41,485 nt of DNA from a virus (IMGVR_UViG_3300049208_000060:1-41485), one strand, 5' to 3'; positions 6,831 through 16,889 are shown, numbered from the stretch's first letter. The notes: a model not told the origin generated them from the letters alone. Made by a program: numbers and translations.

Positions 6831-9526
6831 GTGAATCGGGCAAAGGAACAGCCATCGCTACATGGGCAAAGCGTTACATCAGTACTTTTGACTTGGCACT
6901 CGTATCGATTGATCCAGGTGAAAAGGCTCCGAAAGGCATAGGGTGGAATAAGCCCGGAGGCTATATCACCGACGCCGACACGGCCGAGGCGTTCTGGCAA
7001 CGAAACCCAAATCACAACCTTGGCGTCGTACTGGGGCCCAGCCGCGTTTGTTCATTGGATGTTGATGACGTTCAATGGACGCGTCATGTTCTGTATGAAC
7101 TGTTGGGCCTTGACCTTGATGCAATGGCAGTGGTGTTCCCGACTATCGTCGGGAATCCGCTGCGATTCCGGGTGGTGTTCAAGGTGCCGGAAGGCTTCGA
7201 ACTCACGCGTCATTCACTTTCATGGCCGAATGAAAAAGACCCCGACGGTTCGATTTTCAAAGGGTTTATGGACAAGGCCAAGGCTGCGAAAGAGCAGGGT
7301 GATCTTGCCGCAGAAGCTGCTGCACGAACCGAAGCCGAGCCGTTCAAACGCTTCACGGTCTTTGAACTACGTGCGGGATTGGTGCAAGACGTATTTCCAC
7401 CCTCGATTCATCCCGGTACCGGCAAACCTTACATCTGGAAAACCGCTCCAAGTGCTACTGACGGGCTGCCGACGCTGACCAACGAGTTGCTTACCATTTG
7501 GCAGAATTGGGAGTTTTTTAAGCGAGATGCTGAAGCTGCGTGTCCATGGGCGGTTGCGCCACCGGGGGCACCGGTCAAAGCCAAAAAGCGTCCTGTACAC
7601 GGTGGCGGCAAACGGCCCTCAGTAATTGATGAATTCAACCGTTGTCACGATGTTGCGGAGCTTCTTCGCGCCCATGGTTACATCAAACGAGGCAATAAAT
7701 GGCTCTACCCTCAAAGCAGCACCGGTCTGCCAGGGGTTACGATCAGTGAGGGCAAGGTTTACTCGCACCATGGTGCTGACCCTCTCGCAAACGGGCATCA
7801 GAACGACGCCTTTGAAGTGTTCTGCTTACTCGAGCACGGCGGCGACCAGTCGAGGGCTGTGAAGGATGCTGCGCGAATGTTGGGCATGCAACACGCTACC
7901 CGTCCGGATCTGAATGATCTTCCCCCGACCCCATCCGGTGAATTGAGCGGGCCGATCTCCGACGATACAAATCCGTCCAGCGAGGCCGCTCCTGCTCCTG
8001 ACGGGGGGGCGGGGGAGGTTACAACCCTGGACCATATTCTTCGTCGTTTTGCGTTGGTCGAGGGCACCACGCACGTGTGGGATTGCGACCAATCAAAGGT
8101 AATGAAGAAATCCGCCTTCGAAGCTCGTGTGGGCAAGCCTCTGGCCAAAGCCTGGTTGGACGACACCGGAAAGAGGCTGATTTCTGACGACCATGTTCGC
8201 GAGATCGAGCAGGCGCGCCGCATGGCTGGGAAGAAAGGCGGTGCATTCGGGATGTCTCCAACCGATCGCTACGTTTACATCGATGGCACCAAAGACGTTT
8301 GGGATCGGGAAAAGAAGCGGCGTATAGCCGAGGGCGCGGTGAAGATGGCGCTGGGTGACACTTACCCGCTGTGGTTGAACAGCAGTGAGCGCCGCACCGT
8401 CGATGTTGAACACATCGTGTTTGATCCGACCATGACGAAGGATCCTGCGGTGTACATCAATACCTTTGACGGGTTGCCGCTTGAGCCAGTCAGGGATGAT
8501 GCAGCGTGTGCCAACCTGCGTTGGCTGATTTCATTTCTATGTAACCACGATGAAGCTGCAACCGATTGGCTAACTCGCTGGCTGGCGTATCCGCTGCAGC
8601 ACCTGGGCGCCAAGATGGATACCGCTGTGTTGATGCATTCGATCATGGAAGGTTCGGGCAAGAGCCTTTTGTTCGCTGACGCACTCGGCATGCTTTACGG
8701 CCAATACGCGGCGACTGTTGGTCAGACGCAATTGGAAAGCAGTTTCAACGCGTGGCAAAGCCGCAAACTGTGGTCCGTCTTCGAAGAGGTGGTCAGTCGC
8801 GATCAGCGTTACAACCAGGTGGGCAAGATCAAGCACTTGATCACTGGTAAAACGGTGCGGATGGAGTCGAAGTTCATTAATGGCTGGGAAGAAGCCAACC
8901 ATATGAATGCGGTATTTCTCAGCAACGAGATTCTTCCGTGGCCAATCAGCGACAGTGATCGACGAATGCTGGTGATGTGGCCTATGGAGACCCTGCCAGT
9001 CGCAAGGCAAAAGGCGATTGGTCGTGAACTGGAGCAGGGTGGGGTGGCGGCGCTCTACGGTTGGTTACTGTCGGTCGATCTAGGGGACTTCAACCAGCGC
9101 ACGCGGCCGCCATCGACCGAGGCGCGTGAGCGTTTGGTGGCCTTGAGTCGGGCCGGCTGGCAAACATTCTTGCATCTGTGGAAGTACAGCGAGCTGGGGC
9201 ATGGGCTTTGGGGGCCGTGTCTATCGACCGACCTCTATTCGTTATTTCTCGAATGGTGTCAGCGCAACAAAGAGCACGTGATGAGTCAGACCAAGTTCTC
9301 TCTATTCATCAGTTCTGAGGTGGATAAAACGCGGGCGATACCCTGGACTGACGGCAATAACCGTCGCTTCGGCGCGTTTTTCTTTCCTGTGGATCTGGAT
9401 GCTTCCCCGCCCCCATCACTCAAGGCGGCAGAGCTGGGCAAGCAGGTGGAGAACTGGCGGGCGAAGGCCAAGCTGGCGGGCTGGCACGTGGACAGCTGGG
9501 ATCACATCAAGGCGCTTGCAGCATGA
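6827..9526 (+). CDS. Bifunctional primase-polymerase fused to SF3-like (DUF5906-type) helicase
   Basis: N-terminal KAP..GW, NLGV, LDVD, PPSIHP Prim-Pol motifs; C-terminal EGSGKS (Walker A), VFEE (Walker B), FLSN (motif C). Confidence 0.88.
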   Translation: MSESGKGTAIATWAKRYISTFDLALVSIDPGEKAPKGIGWNKPGGYITDADTAEAFWQRNPNHNLGVVLGPSRVCSLDVDDVQWTRHVLYELLGLDLDAMAVVFPTIVGNPLRFRVVFKVPEGFELTRHSLSWPNEKDPDGSIFKGFMDKAKAAKEQGDLAAEAAARTEAEPFKRFTVFELRAGLVQDVFPPSIHPGTGKPYIWKTAPSATDGLPTLTNELLTIWQNWEFFKRDAEAACPWAVAPPGAPVKAKKRPVHGGGKRPSVIDEFNRCHDVAELLRAHGYIKRGNKWLYPQSSTGLPGVTISEGKVYSHHGADPLANGHQNDAFEVFCLLEHGGDQSRAVKDAARMLGMQHATRPDLNDLPPTPSGELSGPISDDTNPSSEAAPAPDGGAGEVTTLDHILRRFALVEGTTHVWDCDQSKVMKKSAFEARVGKPLAKAWLDDTGKRLISDDHVREIEQARRMAGKKGGAFGMSPTDRYVYIDGTKDVWDREKKRRIAEGAVKMALGDTYPLWLNSSERRTVDVEHIVFDPTMTKDPAVYINTFDGLPLEPVRDDAACANLRWLISFLCNHDEAATDWLTRWLAYPLQHLGAKMDTAVLMHSIMEGSGKSLLFADALGMLYGQYAATVGQTQLESSFNAWQSRKLWSVFEEVVSRDQRYNQVGKIKHLITGKTVRMESKFINGWEEANHMNAVFLSNEILPWPISDSDRRMLVMWPMETLPVARQKAIGRELEQGGVAALYGWLLSVDLGDFNQRTRPPSTEARERLVALSRAGWQTFLHLWKYSELGHGLWGPCLSTDLYSLFLEWCQRNKEHVMSQTKFSLFISSEVDKTRAIPWTDGNNRRFGAFFFPVDLDASPPPSLKAAELGKQVENWRAKAKLAGWHVDSWDHIKALAA

Positions 9527-9540
9527 CTATTTTCAAAAGT

Positions 9541-9839
9541 GTGTTGGGTGTGTTGAGTGTGTGTCGGGTTGATTTTGAATACCCCACACAATTTGAGTAC
9601 CCGAATTACATGCCTTCGCGGGTGTTGTGTGGGGTGTGTTGGGTTTTGTGTCGCGCACGCGCATGCATGACGTTCTTTGCAACGCATTCAACGGAAGGAA
9701 TTTTTTCTTATGCGAAGACTGATAAACCCAACAAACCCAACACACTCAACTCAAGTTTGATTGAAGCATTGAATTTAAAGGGATTTATGTGTGTTGGGTT
9801 TGTGTCGGGTTGGGGTATTTCTGTGTCGGGTTGGGTTTT
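9541..9839. repeat. Iteron-like direct and inverted GTGT(T/C)GGGT repeats, putative replication origin
   Basis: Copies at about 9541, 9550, 9561, 9636, 9791, 9802, 9823; inverted AACCCAACA copies at about 9725-9750; immediately after the primase-helicase. Confidence 0.6.
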
Positions 9840-9853
9840 ACGGGGGCAGGGCA

Positions 9854-10336
9854 ATGATTGAGGCGATGGAGTTATTGCTGAAACATTGGGGCGAGCAGTG
9901 CCGACACGGCGGTGAAGCCGGAGGCATGGGTAGCCCGATGGCGACGATCATGGAGTGGGGCGGTTGCGCGCCGCGAGGCACACCCGGTTCTCGGATCCTT
10001 CTCGGCGGTGGTGCGGGACCAGATGCAATTGCGCAGGAAGTTGGTGCCGCCCTTTCCGAGATAGCTCGGCAAGATGGTCGGGGTGAAAGGCTGCAACAGT
10101 TGGCGGTTATGCGTTATGGCTTTGACCCTGCACCAACATGGGCAGCGCAGATGCACGAACTGGGCTACGTCTCAAAGGCGAAGCAAACCTACTACGATCT
10201 TGTACACCGCCTTCATGTGCGAATCTTTGAGGTGCTGGCCGAGCGCAAGGACGCACGAAAGTGGCTTACCGTTGGTCGGGGCGATTTGCCTCAAAGTCTC
10301 CTCAAAGTTGCGTCAAAGTTGCGTCAAGTTGGATAA
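9854..10336 (+). CDS. Putative late-gene regulator (Q-like position)
   Basis: LLKHWGEQ...SPMATIMEW N-terminus, helical C-terminus; last gene before holin; function inferred from position. Confidence 0.55.
   Translation: MIEAMELLLKHWGEQCRHGGEAGGMGSPMATIMEWGGCAPRGTPGSRILLGGGAGPDAIAQEVGAALSEIARQDGRGERLQQLAVMRYGFDPAPTWAAQMHELGYVSKAKQTYYDLVHRLHVRIFEVLAERKDARKWLTVGRGDLPQSLLKVASKLRQVG
10291..10332 (+). repeat. Four ~11-bp tandem repeats TCAAAGTTGCG
   Basis: Copies start at 10291, 10302, 10313, 10324. Confidence 0.8.
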
Positions 10337-10460
10337 CCGAAAATGTCCCCTTTTCGGTTCCGTACTCAGGGGGTAAAAAGTCCCCACGATATGGATTCTG
10401 CGCCTTGGCGCTTCCCCGAGCACGTGCTGTGCACTTCGTCCTGGCGTATGCCGCGACGTT

Positions 10461-10494
10461 GAAAACCCTGCCCTCCGGCGGGGTTTTCTTTTTT
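10461..10494 (+). terminator. Terminator upstream of holin (late leader)
   Basis: GAAAACCCTGCC-ctcc-GGCGGGGTTTTC plus T-run. Confidence 0.75.
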
Positions 10495-10527
10495 GTGTTC
10501 GGCATGCTCCTTCACTTGAGGCACAAC

Positions 10528-10872
10528 ATGACAAATGAGCAGCAAGCGCTGGCAGAAATGCCGATCTGGTTGGTGATCGTCCTGGCTCTGGTCGGCGGCG
10601 TATCCGGTGAGATGTGGCGAGCAGACAAGGATGGTGCCCGGGGCTGGGCGTTAATGCGTCGGCTTGCGCTTCGATCCGGTGCCTGCATTGTCTGCGGAGT
10701 CTCGGCAATGATGCTGATGATCGCGGCGGGCATGTCGCTCTGGACGGCGGGCGCCTTGGGTTGTCTCACGGCAATGGCCGGTGCAGATGTTGCCATCGGC
10801 TTGTACGAACGCTGGGCTGCCAAGCGGCTTGGCGTGTGCGATGTCCCGCCGAATGGCGGCGGACCAGCCTGA
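10528..10872 (+). CDS. hol: Phage holin
   Basis: 114 aa with three hydrophobic segments; MTNEQQALAEMPIWL...GGVSGEMWRADK type seen in Pseudomonas phage and tailocin loci. Confidence 0.85.
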   Translation: MTNEQQALAEMPIWLVIVLALVGGVSGEMWRADKDGARGWALMRRLALRSGACIVCGVSAMMLMIAAGMSLWTAGALGCLTAMAGADVAIGLYERWAAKRLGVCDVPPNGGGPA

Positions 10873-10879
10873 AACCGCC

Positions 10880-10992
10880 GGGGACCCTGGGGTTATTCGG
10901 AGGGTACGGGGTCGGAAACCCGCGGGACTGTGTTAGCGGACGGTTCACCAGCTTAGTGAACTGAGGTGAACAGGTGAACTCGTGGGGTGAAC
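10880..10992. promoter_or_regulatory. Putative cos/packaging region with GGTGAAC repeats
   Basis: Non-coding gap just before terS; GTGAAC at 10956, 10966, 10974, 10987 and inverted at 10943. Confidence 0.45.
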
Positions 10993-11005
10993 TGGAGAAT
11001 TAACC

Positions 11006-11596
11006 ATGACAATCATCAGCAAAACGGAGTTTGCGGCCCGGCGCGGTTGGGCCAAATCCTATGTTTCAAAATTGGCCAACCAGGATCGGCTGGTGCTCAC
11101 CGCAAATGGCAAGATCGACCTGGAGGCCACTGAGGCGCTGCTCGATAAAACCAGCGACCCTAGTAAGGCCGCTGTCGCTGACCGTCACCAACAAGAGCGG
11201 ATTCAGCGTGACGTTTACAGCCAACTGTCCCCGCTGACCGAACCGTTTTCCACGGCTGCGCTGCCGCAGCTGATCCCGGTCGACGGCAAGCATCCCGACT
11301 ATCAGAAGTCCCGCGCACTGCGCGAGCACAACATGGCCAAACTGGCCGAGATCGAACTGGGTAAGGCTCAAGGTTCGTTGGTGTCGAGGGAGGCAGTCGA
11401 GACCGGTGCCTACGACGCCGGTCGATTGCTACGGGATCAGTTGTTTGGTCCGCTGCCTCAGCTGTCCTACGACTTGGCGGCCATGACCGATCCTTGGCAA
11501 ATCGAAAAGCACCTCACCGCGACAATCCGACGAACTCTGGAGGAAGCCGAGCGCCTCTCTTCAGCCGACCTTGATCACGCGTTAACAGTGAACTGA
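11006..11596 (+). CDS. terS: Terminase small subunit
   Basis: N-terminal SKTEFAARRGWAKSYVSKL HTH; precedes terL. Confidence 0.85.
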   Translation: MTIISKTEFAARRGWAKSYVSKLANQDRLVLTANGKIDLEATEALLDKTSDPSKAAVADRHQQERIQRDVYSQLSPLTEPFSTAALPQLIPVDGKHPDYQKSRALREHNMAKLAEIELGKAQGSLVSREAVETGAYDAGRLLRDQLFGPLPQLSYDLAAMTDPWQIEKHLTATIRRTLEEAERLSSADLDHALTVN

Positions 11597-11600
11597 ACCT

Positions 11601-13646
11601 ATGCACACGGAATTTTCTGACGGTGCACAGGTGTACCGTGAGAACTACTTCCGTGGGCTGCGTCCCGATCCCGATCTTTGGATTGATGAGTGGGCCGATG
11701 AGTACATGCGGATTCCGCGGGACACCGGCGCACCTGAGCCCGGCCAATACCGTACCTCACGAACACCTTATGCCCGTGAGCCAATGCGATGTCTGTCGCC
11801 GGCTCACCCATGCAGACGTGTAGTCACGATGGTGGCTTCGCAGTTGATGAAAACCCAGATCGCGCTCAACTGGATGGGCGGACTGATTCACATGGCGCCA
11901 TCGAACATTTTGGCGTTGTTGCCCAGCCTCGGCCTGTCCAAGCGGGTGTCGGGGCGGATCAGCAAGACCATCAAGGCCACCCCTGTGTTGCGCGAGCGCG
12001 TTGCGGCCACTCGTTCGCGCGACGCCCGCAACACGATGGACACCAAGGAATTCGAGGGTGGCTCGCTGTATGTCACCACCGCGGGTTCTGCGGCTAACCT
12101 TTCCGAGTTGTCGGCGCGTTACATCTACGGCGACGAGGTGGACCGCTGGGAAAACGATGTTGGTCAGGAAGGTGATCCCATCCGATTGGCCGAGACGCGT
12201 GCAACCAACTTCGGTCGTAACGCCAAGATCTATTTTTCCAGCTCGCCGACGATCAAGGGCGCCTCGCGGATCGCCGATCTGTTCGAGTCCAGCGATCAGC
12301 GCCACTACTACGTGCCATGCCCTCATTGTGGGCACATGCAGGTGCTTGAGTGGGAAAACCTGCTGTATTCAGCCGATTTTAGTGTTGTGCATTACAAATG
12401 TGCGGCGTCCGCCCTGGACTGTGATGTGCTAATCGAAGAACACCATAAGGGCGATATGCTCGCCCGCGGTGAGTGGCGCGCGCACGGTACCGGCGACGGC
12501 AAGACTGTGGGCTTTCATCTCAGCGCCCTGTACTCGCCGATGGGCTGGATGGACTGGACATCGCTCGCCATAGAATTTGAAGACGCGAAAAAGGCCCAGG
12601 CCCAAGGCGATACCAGCCTCATGCAGGTGTTCTATAACACCCGTCTGGCCAAGGTTTGGGACAGTGCACTCGAACAGACCAAAGCCGAAGTTTTGATCGC
12701 TCGGGCGCGACTGGAAACTTACAGCCTTGGCGCAATGCCGGCCGGCGTGATGATGTTGACCGGTGCCGTCGACGTTCAGGCCAATCGCTTAGAACTGATG
12801 GTGATGGGCTTCGGTATAGGCATGGAGCGGTGGGTAGTCGATCACCAGATCATTTGGGGCGACCCTGCAGATGAGCGTACCTGGGCGGTGCTCGACGAGA
12901 AACTCAAGGCGCGTTACCGGCATCCTTGTGGCGTCGGTCTGGCGATCCTGGCCACTGGTGTCGATTCCGGCGGGCACCACACCGACGAGGTTTACCAGTT
13001 CTGCCGCGTGCGTCGCTGGCGCAACATATTCGCCATCAAGGGTGCGAGCAAGCCTGGCCGCCCGGTGATTGCGCAGCGCCCGTCGATGGTTGACGTGACC
13101 TGGAAAGGCCAGACCGAACGCCACGGCGCCGAGCTGTGGTTCGTGGGCACCGACACGGCCAAGGACTGGATCTACAACCGTTACCCGTTCCCGGACGGAC
13201 CGGGTTCCGTGCATTTTGCCAACGACTTGCCGGACGAGTTCTTCGCCCAGTGCGTTGCCGAGCGCAAGGTCGCTCGCTACATCCGCGGCCACAAACGCAT
13301 CGAGTGGGTGAAGGGCAAGGCCGAGCGCAACGAGGCTCTTGACCTGATGGTGTATTGCCTGGCCATGGCGCATTACCTGGGCATCAACCGGTACCAGGAA
13401 CATGACTGGGATCGGGTGCGGCAGGCTCTGGCGCAATCCGGGTTGTTTGATGATGCACCCGCCAAGCCTCTGCAGGCCGAGCGTGTTGATCAAGCACCAG
13501 CCGCCGAGCCATCGCCACCTCCGGCGGCCGTGAGACAAGCGCAAATGGCCTCACCTATACCAGCTGCTCCTGTCGCACCCGCGCGACCTGCAGCTTCACC
13601 ATCTCAACGCCGCAGCTCTACAAGCGGTTATCTGAAGAGACGCTGA
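11601..13646 (+). CDS. terL: Terminase large subunit, lambda GpA family
   Basis: RTPYAREPM, ASQLMKT, DEVD, SSPT, VPCPHCG, GVDSGG, RNEALD. Confidence 0.95.
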   Translation: MHTEFSDGAQVYRENYFRGLRPDPDLWIDEWADEYMRIPRDTGAPEPGQYRTSRTPYAREPMRCLSPAHPCRRVVTMVASQLMKTQIALNWMGGLIHMAPSNILALLPSLGLSKRVSGRISKTIKATPVLRERVAATRSRDARNTMDTKEFEGGSLYVTTAGSAANLSELSARYIYGDEVDRWENDVGQEGDPIRLAETRATNFGRNAKIYFSSSPTIKGASRIADLFESSDQRHYYVPCPHCGHMQVLEWENLLYSADFSVVHYKCAASALDCDVLIEEHHKGDMLARGEWRAHGTGDGKTVGFHLSALYSPMGWMDWTSLAIEFEDAKKAQAQGDTSLMQVFYNTRLAKVWDSALEQTKAEVLIARARLETYSLGAMPAGVMMLTGAVDVQANRLELMVMGFGIGMERWVVDHQIIWGDPADERTWAVLDEKLKARYRHPCGVGLAILATGVDSGGHHTDEVYQFCRVRRWRNIFAIKGASKPGRPVIAQRPSMVDVTWKGQTERHGAELWFVGTDTAKDWIYNRYPFPDGPGSVHFANDLPDEFFAQCVAERKVARYIRGHKRIEWVKGKAERNEALDLMVYCLAMAHYLGINRYQEHDWDRVRQALAQSGLFDDAPAKPLQAERVDQAPAAEPSPPPAAVRQAQMASPIPAAPVAPARPAASPSQRRSSTSGYLKRR

Positions 13647-13647
13647 T

Positions 13648-13854
13648 ATGTCCTTTACTCAACAGCACCTCGACGTGATCGAGAAGGCCATCGCGCGCGG
13701 TGAAAAAACCGTGCGCTTCGGCGATCGGACCGTCGAGTACCGCACCATCAACGAGCTGCTGCAGGCCCGTGAAGAAATTCGCAACTCGCTGCTCAATGCC
13801 GCCGGCCCACGTTCACGTGTAGTCCGGCTTTATCACGGAGGCAAGGGACTGTAA
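13648..13854 (+). CDS. gpW-like head-tail joining protein
   Basis: 68 aa, AIARGEKTVRFGDRTVEYR; between terL and portal. Confidence 0.85.
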   Translation: MSFTQQHLDVIEKAIARGEKTVRFGDRTVEYRTINELLQAREEIRNSLLNAAGPRSRVVRLYHGGKGL

Positions 13855-15332
13855 TGGCCCGTTATCCGACGTTGACCCGCAACGGATTCTTGCTACCGTC
13901 GAACATCAAGGCCAGTTACGAAGGCGCCGGGGAGGGACGACGATCCGCCGGCTGGGATGCACCCGACAGTGGCCTGAACACCATCAACACTCCGGCGCTG
14001 CGCAATCTGCGTTCTCGTTCTCGAGCCGCAGTGCGCAACGACCCGTATGCCTTCAACGTCATCGACAAGCGTGTCAGCAACCTGATCGGCACCGGCATCA
14101 ATCCACGGCCGAAGACCGACGACGATGCCCTGCGCAAACAACTGCAGGAACTGTGGGAGGACTGGGTCGACGAATCGGATGCCGATGACTTGACCGATTT
14201 TTACGGCCAGCAAGCGCTCGCTGCCCGTACGGTGGAAACCTCCGGCGAATGCTTCATTCGTCTGCGACCTCGTAGCCTGGATGATGGTCATGCGGTGCCG
14301 CTGCAACTGCAGCTGCTCGCACCCGAGTTCGTGCCGCACGACAAGTTTGAGACCACCCGCGACGGAAACGTGATCCGCGCCGGCATCGAGTTCAACCCTA
14401 TCGGCAAGCGCGTGGCGTATTGGATGTATCGCTCGCACCCGGGTGATCCTTCATCGCTCAACGCCGGTTACAACCAACTGGTGCGAGTGCCTGCCACCCA
14501 GGTCCTGCATATCTTCGAACCGCTGGAACCCGGCCAGTTGCGTGGCGTGCCGCGCTTGTCGCCGGTGCTCAAGCGCTTGCGCAGTCTGGACAACTACGAC
14601 GACGCGGTGCTGTTTCGCCAGGAAGTGGCCAACCTGTTCGCCGGCTTCATCACTCGACCCCCACCGGAATCGGGTCCCATGCCGCGCGACCCGGTTACGG
14701 GTGCTCCCCTGGTCACGGATCGTGATGGCTTCACGCCGATGGTCGCGCTTGAACCCGGCACCATGCAGGAACTTGGACCAGGCGAGGAAGTGGAATTCTC
14801 CAAACCGCCCGACGCCGGCAACAACTACCCGGACTTCATGCGACAGCAATTGATGGCCGCTGCGGCCGGTACCGGTACGCCGTACGAGATCCTCACCGGC
14901 GATATGCGTGAGATCAACGACCGCGCATTGCGCGTGGTGCTCAACGAGTTTCGCCGGCGTCTGGAGCAACTGCAGTTCAGCGTTTACGTGCATCAGCTGT
15001 GTCGTCCTGTGCGTGCAGCGTGGATGGACATGGCGGTACTGTCTGGTGCGTTGGTGCTGGAGGACTACGCGCAGCGTCGACGCGAATATCTGCGCACCCG
15101 CTGGGTACCGCAGGGATGGGCCTACATCCAGCCAGTACAGGACGTGCAGGCGCGGACGATGGAAGTCAAAGCCGGGTTCGCCTCGCGCAGCGAGATGGTG
15201 CTACGTACCGGTTACGACGCCGAAACAGTCGATGCAGAAAACGCCGCCGACCTCGCCCGAGCCGTTGGCCTGGGTCTTAACTACAACACCCTTGATGTCA
15301 TCGAACCGCTCGAAGACAAGGAGCAACCATGA
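13854..15332 (+). CDS. Portal protein, lambda family
   Basis: LRSRSRAAVRND, GIEFN..GKRVAYW, PGQLRGVP, PYEILTGD. Confidence 0.95.
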   Translation: MARYPTLTRNGFLLPSNIKASYEGAGEGRRSAGWDAPDSGLNTINTPALRNLRSRSRAAVRNDPYAFNVIDKRVSNLIGTGINPRPKTDDDALRKQLQELWEDWVDESDADDLTDFYGQQALAARTVETSGECFIRLRPRSLDDGHAVPLQLQLLAPEFVPHDKFETTRDGNVIRAGIEFNPIGKRVAYWMYRSHPGDPSSLNAGYNQLVRVPATQVLHIFEPLEPGQLRGVPRLSPVLKRLRSLDNYDDAVLFRQEVANLFAGFITRPPPESGPMPRDPVTGAPLVTDRDGFTPMVALEPGTMQELGPGEEVEFSKPPDAGNNYPDFMRQQLMAAAAGTGTPYEILTGDMREINDRALRVVLNEFRRRLEQLQFSVYVHQLCRPVRAAWMDMAVLSGALVLEDYAQRRREYLRTRWVPQGWAYIQPVQDVQARTMEVKAGFASRSEMVLRTGYDAETVDAENAADLARAVGLGLNYNTLDVIEPLEDKEQP

Positions 15333-16504
15333 GCAAACAGGCGCGTCCGCGCATTTACAACAAGGCCGGCGAGCGCGTGCAAGTCTCGGACAAGAGCTGG
15401 TACGCCATGCAGGCCAATGGCGAATCCGAACAACGCACCATTGAAGTGTTCGTCTACGGCGAGATCGGTACCTGGGGCATCACCGCCAATCAGTTTGTTC
15501 AGGATCTACGGGCGATGGACGACGGCGTGTCGCCGGTGGTCGCCGCCTTCAACAGTGTGGGCGGAGATCTGTTCGACGGTCTGGCGATGCACAACGCGCT
15601 GTCGCGACTGGGCGAGCGCTGCACTGGTCGGGTCGATGCGTTGGCCGCCAGCGCGGCCAGCGTCGCCGTATGTGGTGCGCACAGGGTGGTCATCGCGTCC
15701 AACGCCATGCTCATGATTCACAACCCGTGGACCTACGCCGCCGGCGACGCCGAGAGCTTTCGCAAGGTCGCCGATGTGTTGGACCAGACCATGGAAGCCA
15801 TCATCGCGGCGTACAAGGCCAAGGCACCGGACATCGACGAAACCGAACTGCGGCGCTTGGTTGCCGCCGAAACCTGGCTGACGGCGAATGAGGCGGTGGC
15901 GCTGGGACTGGCCGACGAGGTCGGCGATGGCGTCAAGGTCAAAGCGTGCCTGGGACAGGGCGCCGTGTTGCAGCGTTTTCAGCATGCCCCAGCTGAGCTG
16001 CTGGCCCAACTCGATGAACCCACAGAACCGGAGCCGGAACCTGAGCCAACACCGGAACCGGTACCGCCGATTGCGGATGATCCACCGGCGCCGGCGACCA
16101 ACGCCGCGCAACTGGCGGTGCTGATCAGCCAGCGTTGCACGGCGGCGGGCATCAGCAACCTGATTGAGCCGCTGCTCGCTGTCACCAGGCTGGAAAGCGA
16201 AGCGGTGGTGCAGGCGGCGCTGACCCAGGCCAAAGCCATCAACGACTTGTGTGTCGCTGCGCGTTTACCGGAGTTCAGTGCCGAGTACGTATCGGCAGGC
16301 TTGGATGCACCGGCAGTTCGTGCCCGGCTCTTTGACAAGCTGGTCGGTAGCGGCAAGGGTTTTGAAATCGACAACAGTTTGCCGCTGGCCGATGACCCGC
16401 CGCCGAAGGTGCAGGCCAAGCAAATCGACCAACCCTCTATCTGGTCCGCACGCCAAGCGGCGCAAACGGGCAAACGATCCACTCTTACTGGAGCTAATGC
16501 ATGA
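15329..16504 (+). CDS. ClpP-like head maturation protease with scaffold-like C-terminus
   Basis: YGEIG, NSVGG, LAASAAS, MIHNP, ETWLTA; PE-repeat linker. Confidence 0.92.
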   Translation: MSKQARPRIYNKAGERVQVSDKSWYAMQANGESEQRTIEVFVYGEIGTWGITANQFVQDLRAMDDGVSPVVAAFNSVGGDLFDGLAMHNALSRLGERCTGRVDALAASAASVAVCGAHRVVIASNAMLMIHNPWTYAAGDAESFRKVADVLDQTMEAIIAAYKAKAPDIDETELRRLVAAETWLTANEAVALGLADEVGDGVKVKACLGQGAVLQRFQHAPAELLAQLDEPTEPEPEPEPTPEPVPPIADDPPAPATNAAQLAVLISQRCTAAGISNLIEPLLAVTRLESEAVVQAALTQAKAINDLCVAARLPEFSAEYVSAGLDAPAVRARLFDKLVGSGKGFEIDNSLPLADDPPPKVQAKQIDQPSIWSARQAAQTGKRSTLTGANA

Positions 16505-16845
16505 ACATTCAACGTGAACCGATGCACGCCGGCGAATTCCTCCTTTCCGAGGGTGCCGGCACCATTTCCCGCGAAGCGATCAACGTCGCCGCCGGCCCCG
16601 CGCTGGAACCTGGCCAGATCCTCGGCCTGGTCACCAGCACCGGCGAATTCGCTCCGTACAACCCGACCGCCGAAGACGGCAGCGAGAACGCGCAAGCGAT
16701 TCTCTTCGGCCCGCTGAGCACGTCCGACATTGTCCGTCGCGGTCGCGCCGTGGTTCGTCTGGCCGAGGTCAGCGAAGCGCATTTGACCGGTCTGGATCTG
16801 GCCGCCGAGAAAGCGCTGGCCGCGCATAACGTGATCGTTCGCTAA
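16501..16845 (+). CDS. Head decoration protein
   Basis: GEFLLSEGAGTISRE, DGSENAQAIL; between protease and capsid. Confidence 0.85.
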   Translation: MNIQREPMHAGEFLLSEGAGTISREAINVAAGPALEPGQILGLVTSTGEFAPYNPTAEDGSENAQAILFGPLSTSDIVRRGRAVVRLAEVSEAHLTGLDLAAEKALAAHNVIVR

Positions 16846-16865
16846 GGCGGTCACCTTAGTATTTT

Positions 16866-16889
16866 CAGCCCGCCCTGTGCGGGTTTTTT
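16866..16889 (+). terminator. Intra-operon terminator-like hairpin before capsid gene
   Basis: AGCCCGC-cctgt-GCGGGTT plus T-run. Confidence 0.6.

Noticed and set aside
9541-9839. CRISPR-like array
   Set aside because: Repeats are about 9 bp, irregularly spaced and in both orientations; no cas genes
10261-10527. N-terminal extension of holin in the ORF track (203 aa)
   Set aside because: Crosses the repeat, promoter and terminator region; GAGG RBS supports ATG 10528
16015-16095. GAACCG-type repeats
   Set aside because: Encode the PEPEPE linker of the head protease; ordinary low-complexity coding sequence
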